Positions 27,233-36,958 of a stretch of 64,000 bases of DNA are shown piece after piece. The number at the start of each line of letters is the position of its first letter. The first letter of the stretch is position 1. The stretch covers positions 2,232 to 66,231 of the forward strand of contig CAYQJV010000006.1 of NCBI GenBank assembly GCA_964417925.1. Direction: 5' to 3'. The notes below the pieces were generated by a model that saw nothing but the letters and a program-made list of their open reading frames with translations, did not search any database and was not told where the DNA came from. Made by a program: the position numbers and the translations under genes. Origin of the DNA: an uncultured bacterium. Its GTDB lineage: Bacteria > Hydrothermota > Tepidihabitantia > B3-TA06 > CAYQJV01.

Positions 27233-28165
27233 TTATCTCCTTAAATCAGCCACTGGAATTATGAGAGGAGTTATGTCTACCCTATTTTTTATCACTCCAT
27301 AACCATACAACCTATCTGCAAGCAATTGGATACCGGTTTTATCTATTTCATGAACTCTCAAATAATTAGGTAGACGTACTGAATCAGCAATTTGTGAAGG
27401 AATATTGAATTTCCTTTTAATAAATACTGGAACAGAATCCTTTTCTCTCTGCATGTACAGATATGCAATATCCAGTGCTTCTTTAAATCTTATAACTGCA
27501 AGTTTATTCTTTTCAAAATAACTCTTTTTTATAAAAATACCACTTCCAGGAAAGGGAGCAGATATTCTCTTGGCAAAAGTAGGAGATTCAAAAAGTATTC
27601 CTTTGTCTTTGTATAAAGAAAGGTAAGGTTCCACAAGTATCACCGCATCGTAGTTCTTAATCTTATCTGCCATATCTTTAAAGGAGACAAACACAGGTTT
27701 CAAGGAGATATTGGCTCCTTTATTCATTACCTCCACAGCTGTTTTGTATAATGGAGAGGTAAGGACCGTCTTCTTGTTGAGATCTTTTAAAAACCTTATT
27801 TTTCTTTTCGTTATCAATCCATCGCATGTTTTAAACTCTACAGAGAAAAAGCACTTAAGAGTATCTTTATGTTCTGCAATCCACTTTATCGCCTCTATCC
27901 AAGGTGCTACCACTACATCTGCCCTTCCTTCTGAAAGCATTTTAAATATTTTTCCAGGATTCTCTTCAAAAGTAATTTCGGGCTCCACCTTTCTCTCTTT
28001 AAATATTCCCTGTTCTTCGGCTATCAATACAGGAAGCGAAGAAACTGTAGGTTCACACACTATCTTTATCTTACTTGGCTGTGAACGCTGATATATAGGT
28101 ATACCAAGCACAAGAACAAGAATAATAAAAAGAACAACGATTATTATGTTAAGAGCTGTTTTCAT
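27233..28165 (-). CDS. Substrate-binding protein, SsuA/THI5/NitT-like
   Basis: N-terminal TM anchor; SLPVLIAEEQGIF, LSEGRADV, VEPY. Confidence 0.7.
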   Translation of the reverse strand: MKTALNIIIVVLFIILVLVLGIPIYQRSQPSKIKIVCEPTVSSLPVLIAEEQGIFKERKVEPEITFEENPGKIFKMLSEGRADVVVAPWIEAIKWIAEHKDTLKCFFSVEFKTCDGLITKRKIRFLKDLNKKTVLTSPLYKTAVEVMNKGANISLKPVFVSFKDMADKIKNYDAVILVEPYLSLYKDKGILFESPTFAKRISAPFPGSGIFIKKSYFEKNKLAVIRFKEALDIAYLYMQREKDSVPVFIKRKFNIPSQIADSVRLPNYLRVHEIDKTGIQLLADRLYGYGVIKNRVDITPLIIPVADLRR

Positions 28166-28174
28166 GCCCTCTCC

Positions 28175-29401
28175 TTATTTTTTAGATTTTTCTTCATAAA
28201 TTTTAAGATACTCTTTTGCTTTATCATAGTCCTTCTTTTTACTGTAAAGAATGGCAAGTTTCTGATAAATTTCGGGTTCTTCAGGAGCAAGTTCCTTTGC
28301 CTTCAAAAGATAAGCTTCAGCCTTATCATACTTCTCAAGATTGATGTATGAAATTCCTAATAAAAGATACACAAAATAGTCATCTCCGAAATATCCACTA
28401 TCAACAACCTTCTCCAGATATTTAACAGATTCTTCATGTCTTGCAAGTATATTAAGAACATAACCTTTTTCATACAACACATCCATATTATTCGGTGTCT
28501 TTTCCACACATATTTCAAGCACCGAATCTGCTTTGTCAAATTTCTTAAGGGCAGAGTAGGCGCGTGATTCCCATAAAAGAGAAGTAGTATATTCTTTTTC
28601 CTTTCCTTTGTATCTTGCTATCCATTGAACCAGACCTTTAATCATTCCTTCATCCACCCTCATCCTCTTCAAAACATCCTCTATTTCCTGCATTTTATTA
28701 GCCTTTCTTGTGGAATCAAGTAAAACCTTTATTTTCTCCTCCTTCATTCCAGTTTGCTCAAGCACATTATCCACAAATGCATCAAGCTCCTGTTTAAAAT
28801 ACTTTGCAGAATTCTGGAAGTTCTTAAGAGCCTTTTCCCATTTTTTATTAAAATAATCTACCTTACCCAGGATGAAGTATGCCTCTGCAGAATTTTCCTT
28901 CATATGGAAAAGCTTTTCTGCTACCTCTCTGGCTTTGTCATACTTTTTCTCGTCGATGAATATTCTTCCGAGAAGAGCATAACTTGCCTCTTTTTCTGGA
29001 TCTATGAGTGTAGCCTTCTCTACAAAAAACACGGCAGAATCATAGTTATTTTCTTTTATATATTCTTGTCCTCCATACTGAAATGCCACCCATACGCGAT
29101 ACTTGAGTTCCTCTTTACCCTTTATTTTGGAAAGATAAGAAGAATCAATCTCTATTGCCTTCCAGTAAGCATTTGCAGCATCTTTATATCTTCTAAGTTG
29201 TATTGAAACTTCTCCAAGGTAGAAATAGGCCTCTGCATTAGCAGGATTTACCTTTATCTCTTCCCTAAGAAGACTATCAGCTTTTTCATATCTTCCATCC
29301 CTCATGTGAATCTTTGCTCCTTCAACCCGCGGAGAAGATGCACATTCAGTAAAAAGCACAAAGGAAAAAAGCAAAGAGAACAAACTCATCCATTTTTTCA
29401 T
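28175..29401 (-). CDS. Tetratricopeptide repeat protein (signal peptide, possible lipoprotein)
   Basis: Multiple TPRs such as NAEAYFYLG and YLLLGISY; N-terminal hydrophobic segment with Cys. Confidence 0.85.
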   Translation of the reverse strand: MKKWMSLFSLLFSFVLFTECASSPRVEGAKIHMRDGRYEKADSLLREEIKVNPANAEAYFYLGEVSIQLRRYKDAANAYWKAIEIDSSYLSKIKGKEELKYRVWVAFQYGGQEYIKENNYDSAVFFVEKATLIDPEKEASYALLGRIFIDEKKYDKAREVAEKLFHMKENSAEAYFILGKVDYFNKKWEKALKNFQNSAKYFKQELDAFVDNVLEQTGMKEEKIKVLLDSTRKANKMQEIEDVLKRMRVDEGMIKGLVQWIARYKGKEKEYTTSLLWESRAYSALKKFDKADSVLEICVEKTPNNMDVLYEKGYVLNILARHEESVKYLEKVVDSGYFGDDYFVYLLLGISYINLEKYDKAEAYLLKAKELAPEEPEIYQKLAILYSKKKDYDKAKEYLKIYEEKSKK

Positions 29402-29514
29402 CTTTTGCCTCCTTTATTTAATTATTTTAAGATACCAAGATAAAGAAAATTGTCAAGAAAAAATAAGAGTACTGTCAAATTTTTAAGAAACAGATTGTAA
29501 GCTATAGGCTTTAT

Positions 29515-29542
29515 TTGACTTTATAGTTTATTCTGGTATAAT
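29515..29542 (+). promoter_or_regulatory. Sigma70 promoter (leaderless) upstream of the ileS operon
   Basis: TTGACT-N16-TATAAT, 7 nt before ATG 29550. Confidence 0.7.
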
Positions 29543-29549
29543 TTCTCAA

Positions 29550-30113
29550 ATGGGCATGTATTTAGTAATGATTATGACCTATCTTACAGATTATGATCTT
29601 GCAGTAGTTGCTGTTATGAATGCCATAAAAGAGTTTCCAAAATTGGACGGTGTAAAAAAAGTACTTGTATATGACGCAAAAGGATATGCCTCTGATGATG
29701 CCAGTCTGTTGGTAAAAAGCTGTATTGCAGATTACTTAAAAAGTAAAGGAATAGAGGTTTACTATCAAACCACAGGAGTAACTCCTGATATGGAAATAAG
29801 ATACGTGGTGCAGGATTTAAAGGTAGTTTATACAAGGGAATTTAGAAAATTTCTAATAGGAGAAAAAATGGTAGAAAGATGGGCACATGCACAGATGGAA
29901 GTATCTCTTATAAAGAACGATAAATTAATAGGTGTTTATAGATTGAGTGGTGATGCAAGAAGTATAGTTCCTAAAAAAGCAGTGATAATTTTGCGTTCTG
30001 CGAGTTTCACCCAAGATTATAGCACCCAACGATCTGGAGATAGTCTTGTAGAACCTCTTTTAATCACTGCGATCATTGGTGTACTTATCTACATTTTTTA
30101 TGTTCCAAAGTAA
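29550..30113 (+). CDS. Hypothetical protein with C-terminal TM helix
   Basis: 187-aa ORF; LVEPLLITAIIGVLIYIFY. Confidence 0.7.
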   Translation: MGMYLVMIMTYLTDYDLAVVAVMNAIKEFPKLDGVKKVLVYDAKGYASDDASLLVKSCIADYLKSKGIEVYYQTTGVTPDMEIRYVVQDLKVVYTREFRKFLIGEKMVERWAHAQMEVSLIKNDKLIGVYRLSGDARSIVPKKAVIILRSASFTQDYSTQRSGDSLVEPLLITAIIGVLIYIFYVPK

Positions 30114-30137
30114 AAGATTTTCAAAACAAGGAGGAAT

Positions 30138-32927
30138 ATGAGTAATCAAAGGGCCGGTGATTACAAAAACACAATAATACTTCCTAAAACAAACTTTCCA
30201 ATGAAGGCGAATCTACCTAAAAAAGAGCCTGAAATAATTAAATTTTGGGAAGAAAATGAAATCTATAAAAAGGCTCTTGAAATAAGAAGAGATAAGGAAT
30301 CTTATATTGTACATGATGGCCCTCCATATTCAAATGGACATATCCATGTAGGACATGCATTAAATAAAATTCTAAAAGATATCGTTGTGAAGTATAAAAT
30401 GCTTTCAGGTTTCTACACTCCTTTTGTGCCTGGATGGGATAATCATGGGATGCCGATTGAAAATGGAGTAATAGAAAGATTTAAAAGGGAGAATAAAGAA
30501 ATTACAAGAAAAGATGTAAGAAAAGAATGCAGAAAAACAGCTCACTACTGGGTAGAAATACAGAATCCTGAATTTAGAAGACTCGGAGTTTTTGGGTTTT
30601 GGGAAAATCCCTATCTTACAATGAAACCTGATTACGAAGCTTTAATTCTTGAAACATTTGCAGAACTGGTGGAAAGGGGATATGTGTATAGAAGTTTTAG
30701 ACCCATCCACTGGTGTATACATTGTGAAACAGCTCTTGCAAATATAGAAATTGAATATGAAGAAAAAAAATCTCCCTCAATATGGATAAGATTTCCATTG
30801 AAGGAAGATTCTAAAGAACTATTTAAAGATATTCCAAAAGAAAAAGTATATGCACTCGTATGGACAACAACTCCATGGACAATCCCAGGCAATTTAGCAA
30901 TCACACTACATCCTGATTTTGAATACGTAGTAATAAAAGTAAAAGATGTGTACTATCTTCTTGCACAGGATCTTTTAAAAGAAGTTACACAAAAACTTAA
31001 TATACAGGATTATTGTGTGGTAAAGAGATTTATGGGCAAAGAACTTGAGGGAGAGGTATTTAAACATCCAATATTTGAAAGAGAATCTCCAATAATCCTT
31101 GGAGAGTTTGTTACAAAAGAACAAGGGACTGGATGTGTACATACTGCTCCTGGACACGGTATAGAGGATTTTGAAGTAGGTAAAAAGTATGGTTTAAAGG
31201 TCTTATCACCTGTGGATTCAAAAGGGTATTTTACTGAAGAAGCAGGAGAGTTTGCAGGTATTTCAATCATAGAAGGAGATAGAAAGGTAGTGGAAGCGCT
31301 AAAAAGAAATGGAAATTTATTGAAAGAAGAGGAAATAACACATCAGTACCCGTTTTGTTGGAGATGTCATAACCCTCTTATCTTCAGAGCTACCCAGCAA
31401 TGGTTTATGTCTATGGAACACAGAGAACACAGAAAAAGAATGCTTGAAGCAATTGAAAAGGTAAAATGGTATCCAAAGGAGAGTTATTATAGAATGCGGG
31501 GATTTCTGGAAACAAGGCCTGATTGGTGTCTCTCAAGGCAAAAGTTCTGGGGAGTCGGAATACCTGCATTCTACTGTGAAGAATGTGGAGAAGCAATACT
31601 TTCACCAGATATCATAAGAAAGGTTGCAGAAATTGTAAAGAAAGAAGGATCCGACATATGGTTTGAGGAAAATGTAAATGCAGAAACCCTTGGAATAAAA
31701 TGTCCTAAATGTGGGTCAAAAAATTTAAGAAAAGAAACCGATGTACTTGATGTATGGTTTGACTCCAGCGTAAGTTACATATATGTATCACAAAAGAATG
31801 GCCATAGATGGCCATCGGATATGTATCTTGAAGGTTCGGATCAACACAGAGGATGGTTTAATCTCTCTCTTGTGGTAGGAATAGCAGTTAAAGACTCTCC
31901 ACCTTATAAAAGTGTTTTAACTCATGGTTTTGTCCTGGATGAAAAAGGACTTGCAATGCACACCCATCTTGGAAATGTAATTCCTCCTCAGGAGATCATA
32001 GAAAAGTATGGAGCAGAGATTCTCCGTCTGTGGGCATCCTCTGTAGAGTACTTTAAAGATGTGAAAATCTCTTACGAAATAATTGAAAGACTTGCCGAAG
32101 CTTACAGAAAGATAAGAAACACTATAAGGTTTATATTAGGGAATCTTCATGACTTTGAGAAAAGTAAAAAGATAGGATATGAAGAGTTATCAGCGCTTGA
32201 TAAATACATGCTTCATCGATTACAGGAGATAAAACGAAAAGTAATAAAGGCATACGAAAACAATGAATTTTACAGGGTATTTCATACCATTTATAATTTC
32301 TGTGTGGTAGAATTATCCTCATTTTATCTTGATATACTAAAAGATATCCTCTACACATATCCTGCAGACTCTAAGGAAAGAAGAGGAGCTCAAACCACAA
32401 TGGAAATAATTCTCTGTGATCTATTGAGAATCCTTGCTCCAATAATGAGCTTTACTGCTGAAGAAGCATACTCTCATTTAAAAGACAAAAAAGAAAGCAT
32501 TTTCTTTGAAGATTTCCCTACACCCGATGAACGGTTTGAAAATCCAGAACTTGCAGATGAATGGAACTTAATTGTTGAAATAAGAGATGTAGTATTGAAA
32601 GCTCTTGAAATAAGAAGGAAAGAAGGAAAAATAGGAAGCTCCTTAGATGCAAAGGTATTGTTAAAAATAAAAGATAAAAGAAAGGAAGAAATAGCAAAGA
32701 AATACATAAAGTATCTTCCACAGGTGTTTATAGTATCTCAAGTAGAAGTTGTTGGTACTCTTGATACGGTTCTTGTGGAAGACGAAACTTCAGGAGTTGA
32801 GGTAATGGTGGTAGAGCCAGAAGGTAAAAAATGCGCAAGATGCTGGATATGGAGTAAAACTGTAGGAGAAAACAAAGAGTATCCTGATATATGTGCTAAA
32901 TGTATAAAGGCGGTGAAGGGTGAATAG
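30138..32927 (+). CDS. ileS: Isoleucine--tRNA ligase (type 1)
   Basis: LPKTNFPMKANL, HDGPPY..HVGH, WTTTPWT, DWCLSRQ, YLEGSDQHRGWF, C-terminal CARCW zinc finger. Confidence 0.97.
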   Translation: MSNQRAGDYKNTIILPKTNFPMKANLPKKEPEIIKFWEENEIYKKALEIRRDKESYIVHDGPPYSNGHIHVGHALNKILKDIVVKYKMLSGFYTPFVPGWDNHGMPIENGVIERFKRENKEITRKDVRKECRKTAHYWVEIQNPEFRRLGVFGFWENPYLTMKPDYEALILETFAELVERGYVYRSFRPIHWCIHCETALANIEIEYEEKKSPSIWIRFPLKEDSKELFKDIPKEKVYALVWTTTPWTIPGNLAITLHPDFEYVVIKVKDVYYLLAQDLLKEVTQKLNIQDYCVVKRFMGKELEGEVFKHPIFERESPIILGEFVTKEQGTGCVHTAPGHGIEDFEVGKKYGLKVLSPVDSKGYFTEEAGEFAGISIIEGDRKVVEALKRNGNLLKEEEITHQYPFCWRCHNPLIFRATQQWFMSMEHREHRKRMLEAIEKVKWYPKESYYRMRGFLETRPDWCLSRQKFWGVGIPAFYCEECGEAILSPDIIRKVAEIVKKEGSDIWFEENVNAETLGIKCPKCGSKNLRKETDVLDVWFDSSVSYIYVSQKNGHRWPSDMYLEGSDQHRGWFNLSLVVGIAVKDSPPYKSVLTHGFVLDEKGLAMHTHLGNVIPPQEIIEKYGAEILRLWASSVEYFKDVKISYEIIERLAEAYRKIRNTIRFILGNLHDFEKSKKIGYEELSALDKYMLHRLQEIKRKVIKAYENNEFYRVFHTIYNFCVVELSSFYLDILKDILYTYPADSKERRGAQTTMEIILCDLLRILAPIMSFTAEEAYSHLKDKKESIFFEDFPTPDERFENPELADEWNLIVEIRDVVLKALEIRRKEGKIGSSLDAKVLLKIKDKRKEEIAKKYIKYLPQVFIVSQVEVVGTLDTVLVEDETSGVEVMVVEPEGKKCARCWIWSKTVGENKEYPDICAKCIKAVKGE

Positions 32928-33270
32928 AAAGTTAAAAAAATTTGAAAAACTATTAATAGAAAAGAAAAGAGAGATCCTTAAAGATATTGGGATAGAAGCA
33001 AAAGAAATATTTGAATCACATAAAGAAAGTTCAGGTGAGATATCCTCCTATACTCTCCATATGGCAGACCAGAGTAGTGATACTTTTAGAAGAGAATTGA
33101 AGGCTCAACTTACAGAAGAACAAATGAAAATTTTGAAAGAGATTGAAAGGGCATTACAAAAAATATATGAAGGAAGCTATGGAATATGCGAAAAGTGCGG
33201 AGAAGAAATAGAAGAGGAAAGATTAACCCTTCTTCCTTGGACAAGGGTGTGTTCAAAATGTAAAATGTAG
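32920..33270 (+). CDS. TraR/DksA C4-type zinc finger protein
   Basis: HMADQSSD, GSYGICEKCGEEI..RL..LPW..CSKC. Confidence 0.9.
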   Translation: MNRKLKKFEKLLIEKKREILKDIGIEAKEIFESHKESSGEISSYTLHMADQSSDTFRRELKAQLTEEQMKILKEIERALQKIYEGSYGICEKCGEEIEEERLTLLPWTRVCSKCKM

Positions 33271-33375
33271 ACAAGATTGACTTTTTCAATATTAAGAATA
33301 TAATTTTATCCTAAGATGAAGGTAAGTGAAATTTTGGATATACAAATTCAGTGAAGGAAGATGAAGGAGGTTACT

Positions 33376-33603
33376 ATGAATATGAAAAACAAAGACAGAG
33401 TAGATGAGCTTGAAGAAAAAATTTTTATTGTTGAACAACCTACTGAGGCAGCTCTTTTAATCTCAGAAGCTCAAAGATTTTCAGAAGATGGAAAAATAAT
33501 GGATGTAGAAGAAGAAAGAACCACCCTGGAAGAGGAACTTACAAAACTTGCAAAAGAAGTTAGAAAATTGTTTGAAAGAAAGAAGCAGGGGGACCGGTTT
33601 TAA
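33376..33603 (+). CDS. Small acidic hypothetical protein
   Basis: SD AGGAGG before ATG 33376; own promoter TTGACT-N16-TATAAT at 33277-33304. Confidence 0.6.
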   Translation: MNMKNKDRVDELEEKIFIVEQPTEAALLISEAQRFSEDGKIMDVEEERTTLEEELTKLAKEVRKLFERKKQGDRF

Positions 33604-33605
33604 AA

Positions 33606-33633
33606 TTGACTTTTTGGAAAATAGATTTATAAT
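33606..33633 (+). promoter_or_regulatory. Sigma70 promoter of tRNA-Asp
   Basis: TTGACT-N16-TATAAT. Confidence 0.75.
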
Positions 33634-33643
33634 TAAAAAAAGC

Positions 33644-33718
33644 GGGGTCGTAGCTCAGCCTGGTTAGAGCGCCAGCCTGTCACGCTGGAGGTCGCGAGTT
33701 CAAATCTCGTCGACCCCG
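33644..33718 (+). tRNA. tRNA-Asp(GTC), CCA not encoded
   Basis: Acceptor GGGGTCG/CGACCCC, D stem GCTC/GAGC, anticodon arm CCAGC-CTGTCAC-GCTGG, T loop TTCAAAT, discriminator G. Confidence 0.96.
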
Positions 33719-33729
33719 CTTTTTTATTT

Positions 33730-34233
33730 TTATAAAATCTTATTCAGAACCAAAGATACAGTTGTAATTAAAACACCTCCTATTAATATTCCCCACCCTC
33801 CAAGCAGTGATAATGCTGTTACAATTACTGCAGCAATCAAAATCCCGATAGTAATGGCTAAAAAAGCTTTCTTTTTCTCAAGGCCAAGTAAAGATGCAAT
33901 TAAGGAACCTGTCCATGCTCCGGTCCCTACAAATGGAATTGCGACAAAAATCGTCAACCCTATAAACTCATACTTCTCAACAATTTTCCCTTTCTTCAAT
34001 GTTTTTACCTCTATTTTTTCAAAAATCCTTCTTATGCTTTTTGTTTTTTTGAAAAGTTTAATTGAAAATTCAAGAAGATAAAGTAAAGGGACTACTGGAA
34101 GAATATTACCTATTACAGATATTAAAAAAGCCTTCCACCAGGGAAAGCCAAAAAGATACATTGCGGTAGGAATAGCTCCCCTTAGTTCTACGATTGGAGA
34201 CAGTGATATTAAAAGAATCCAAAACTCATGCAT
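33730..34233 (-). CDS. Small multidrug export-like membrane protein (COG2426)
   Basis: PIVELRGAIP, GLTIFVAIPFVGTGAWTG. Confidence 0.88.
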   Translation of the reverse strand: MHEFWILLISLSPIVELRGAIPTAMYLFGFPWWKAFLISVIGNILPVVPLLYLLEFSIKLFKKTKSIRRIFEKIEVKTLKKGKIVEKYEFIGLTIFVAIPFVGTGAWTGSLIASLLGLEKKKAFLAITIGILIAAVIVTALSLLGGWGILIGGVLITTVSLVLNKIL

Positions 34234-36002
34234 CAGGGTAAACCCTTCCTCCTCCTAAGAAGGAGGTCCCCCATAAAAAGAATCATCACAACCATATACC
34301 ACAGAAATTCCTCCCTCGGATGCAGAACAATCTCTTTATTCCTGCAGTGAATACTGGGCAATCCATTCTCCTTATACTCACCCCCGGTTTCTTCAGCTAT
34401 ATCTTTCAGAAGTCTTCTGTTTATTCCATAGTCTTTGTCCTCAACTGAAAAAGGGAAAACTTCAAACTCTACTTTTCCTATTATTGTATTTCCTGCATAA
34501 ATTCTTACTTTATAATGTCCTGACTCCTTTAAATCAATTTTTAAAATTACTTCATCTTTTGAAACTATTTTTTTCACTTTAGATTTTTTATTAACAATCA
34601 CTTTTAAACTTTCACTTGTTGGAATCCTCCCCTTTAAAAGTATCTCCGCTATCTCACCTATCATATATTTTCTCCTCATCCTTTTTGGTTTTAAAAGCCT
34701 TTCTGGATCCATAGCATACTCTACCATCTCTTTTATCCTTCCCTTTCTAAAATAATCTGTGTTCCACAACTCCTTAATCCCTACGATAAATGCTTTACCG
34801 TAAAAACCTGCAATTTTTTTGTCTCCTGCCTTTATCATTTCTTGGCCTATCTGAGACGTATAGTAAACCACTACACTATCCCTATTTCTTAATTCTGCAA
34901 TCATCTCTGAAAAAATTGCATCCCCTACTCCACAGGAGTTAATTGTGTTCCCTCTTACCGTGATTCTTTTAACCAAAATTCCAAGTACTTCTGCTTTCAT
35001 TTTATCTCCGGTTAAAAGAAACACTCCGTTTTTCTTCAAATGTGTTTTTAAAAACTTTAACCAAAAGGATGGTATCTTTGTAGCATCAAAATTATCAAGT
35101 ACAATAAGATCAAATTTACCCCCTATATTTACTTTTGTTATTCTATCATTCTTTATTGAAATCATTTTTCCCCTTGAAAGAAAAATCACATAATAAACTT
35201 CACAATCAGTAAGAGAAGAAAGAATTTTTATCCACCCAGCAGTCCCTTGGTAAGGAATTGTGTTGAAGTAGAGTACTCTTTTTTTTCTTTTTTTAAGATA
35301 AATAGAAAGGGTATTATTAGTTACTATTTTTTCCTTTGAAAGAACAGGAATTTCTATCTTTACCTTCTCCTTCGCTTCCTTTTTAGGGAGTGTAAAATCT
35401 ACCTTTGTAATCTCTCCATCATAAACATCTATTAACTTTTCAACTGTTTTGCTTTGTAAAAAAATCTTCAAAGGAATATTTTGAGCATTTATTCCTTTTG
35501 ATTCTACATATATAGATAAATAAAGTGAATCTGAACTTTCTGCTTTAGAGTAATCCACTATTCCGATATCGGTATATCTTTCGTCCGTTATCCCTACAGT
35601 ATAAAGAGGAAAATTAATTACCTCAAGAAGGGAAGAATTAAACTCTCCTTGATTGTGAAATCCGTCAGATATAATTACTCCTGCATCAGGAGATTTTTCC
35701 TCCAAAATTTTAAGCAGTTTATTAAAATTAGTTCTCTTCCCATACTCCTTTAAAATCCCCGGAACCACAGTATCTGCAAAGGAATAAAACTCAATGTTAA
35801 ATTTTTTTAAATTTTTCAACTTTTTTAAAATTTTTTCAACCTTTTTTATCTTCTCCTCCCTCTCCATACTTTTTGAGCAATCTACTGCAATTAAAAGAAC
35901 CGGCTTTTTAAAGACCAAAGGGATTTTTATAGAAGGATTAAAAAACAACAATAAAAGGATTAAAAAAATCATGCCTCTTAAAATAAAGGAAAACTGGTTC
36001 AC
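34233..36002 (-). CDS. Membrane-anchored vWA-domain protein
   Basis: VDCSKSM MIDAS motif, IISDG..N, LKDIAEETGG, terminal TM with RRRKGL. Confidence 0.75.
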   Translation of the reverse strand: MNQFSFILRGMIFLILLLLFFNPSIKIPLVFKKPVLLIAVDCSKSMEREEKIKKVEKILKKLKNLKKFNIEFYSFADTVVPGILKEYGKRTNFNKLLKILEEKSPDAGVIISDGFHNQGEFNSSLLEVINFPLYTVGITDERYTDIGIVDYSKAESSDSLYLSIYVESKGINAQNIPLKIFLQSKTVEKLIDVYDGEITKVDFTLPKKEAKEKVKIEIPVLSKEKIVTNNTLSIYLKKRKKRVLYFNTIPYQGTAGWIKILSSLTDCEVYYVIFLSRGKMISIKNDRITKVNIGGKFDLIVLDNFDATKIPSFWLKFLKTHLKKNGVFLLTGDKMKAEVLGILVKRITVRGNTINSCGVGDAIFSEMIAELRNRDSVVVYYTSQIGQEMIKAGDKKIAGFYGKAFIVGIKELWNTDYFRKGRIKEMVEYAMDPERLLKPKRMRRKYMIGEIAEILLKGRIPTSESLKVIVNKKSKVKKIVSKDEVILKIDLKESGHYKVRIYAGNTIIGKVEFEVFPFSVEDKDYGINRRLLKDIAEETGGEYKENGLPSIHCRNKEIVLHPREEFLWYMVVMILFMGDLLLRRRKGLP

Positions 36003-36958
36003 CGCCCTTTTAAAAATTCGTCAAAAAACTCTTTAAGTCTTACAGATTTTTTACGTATCTTTAATATCAAACTGTCCTTTCTACTTTTAACCACAGTGTC
36101 TGCAAACGCTTCAGAAATTAAATCTCTGTCTTCATCTATAAAAACAACAATATGCATGGTATCTTTAAAAAAAATAGGCAGTCTAAATCTTCCCACCGTA
36201 TCTGTAATAGAGGAAACACAAAACTTATGCTTTTTTGAAACAACTACAATCGCTTTTTTGTTTTTCACTCCTACCACTCTTCCTGGCATCATTTCAATCT
36301 TTAAAAGAGTATCTGCAACAAATAAAAAAGAGTAATAACCCTCAAGAGGATTTTGTGAAAAATCTCTTAAGGTAGGAAAAATAAGAAATGCGAAAGGAAC
36401 CTCTTTATACAATGTATCCTTTACAACAAGTTTAAATTGAGTAAAGCCTTTTCTCCATTTTTTTTCATACACTGGAATCGTTGAAAGTAAAAAAAGGGAA
36501 GAAGCTGAAGTATCTATAGGCTCTGAAATATCAATCGTTATGTTATAAGGAAAGGAAACTCGCATTGTTTGAGGTATTACCTTCCTTATCTCAGGAGGTA
36601 TGGTATCTTTTTTCTTTGTAGATTTAAAAACTTTTTCAAAAAACGCTTGGTTTTTACTTTTATCTTTTACCACTCCTTTTATTTTATATCTACCTTTTTG
36701 CAGAGGAGAAGTTATTATTCTTATTGAAGTTTGAGTTTCATCAAAAAAAGAAATTAACTTGATCTGAGCATTATAAATTACAAAATTCTGTATATCCAGC
36801 GACGAAGTATCCAAAGGTTCATTAAAGTAGAGAACCAATGAATTATCATAAAGTGCCTGAATCCTTATCAGTCTTGGAGCAAATCTATCTGGAGAAGGAG
36901 GAGGAAGTTTTTTGGCACAAAGGACGAATGCTATAAAAAATAAAAAGTACCTTTTCAT
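35999..36958 (-). CDS. Ig-like (Big_5-type) domain lipoprotein
   Basis: LCAKKLPPPSPDRFAP, FNEPLD, DTIPP. Confidence 0.65.
   Translation of the reverse strand: MKRYFLFFIAFVLCAKKLPPPSPDRFAPRLIRIQALYDNSLVLYFNEPLDTSSLDIQNFVIYNAQIKLISFFDETQTSIRIITSPLQKGRYKIKGVVKDKSKNQAFFEKVFKSTKKKDTIPPEIRKVIPQTMRVSFPYNITIDISEPIDTSASSLFLLSTIPVYEKKWRKGFTQFKLVVKDTLYKEVPFAFLIFPTLRDFSQNPLEGYYSFLFVADTLLKIEMMPGRVVGVKNKKAIVVVSKKHKFCVSSITDTVGRFRLPIFFKDTMHIVVFIDEDRDLISEAFADTVVKSRKDSLILKIRKKSVRLKEFFDEFLKGR

Noticed and set aside
26951-27244. 97-aa plus-strand ORF in the track
   Set aside because: It is the antisense of the GC-rich SRP RNA, with atypical composition and no SD
33644-33730. tRNA as an integration site for an island
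   Set aside because: No integrase and no duplicated tRNA 3' end seen in the window
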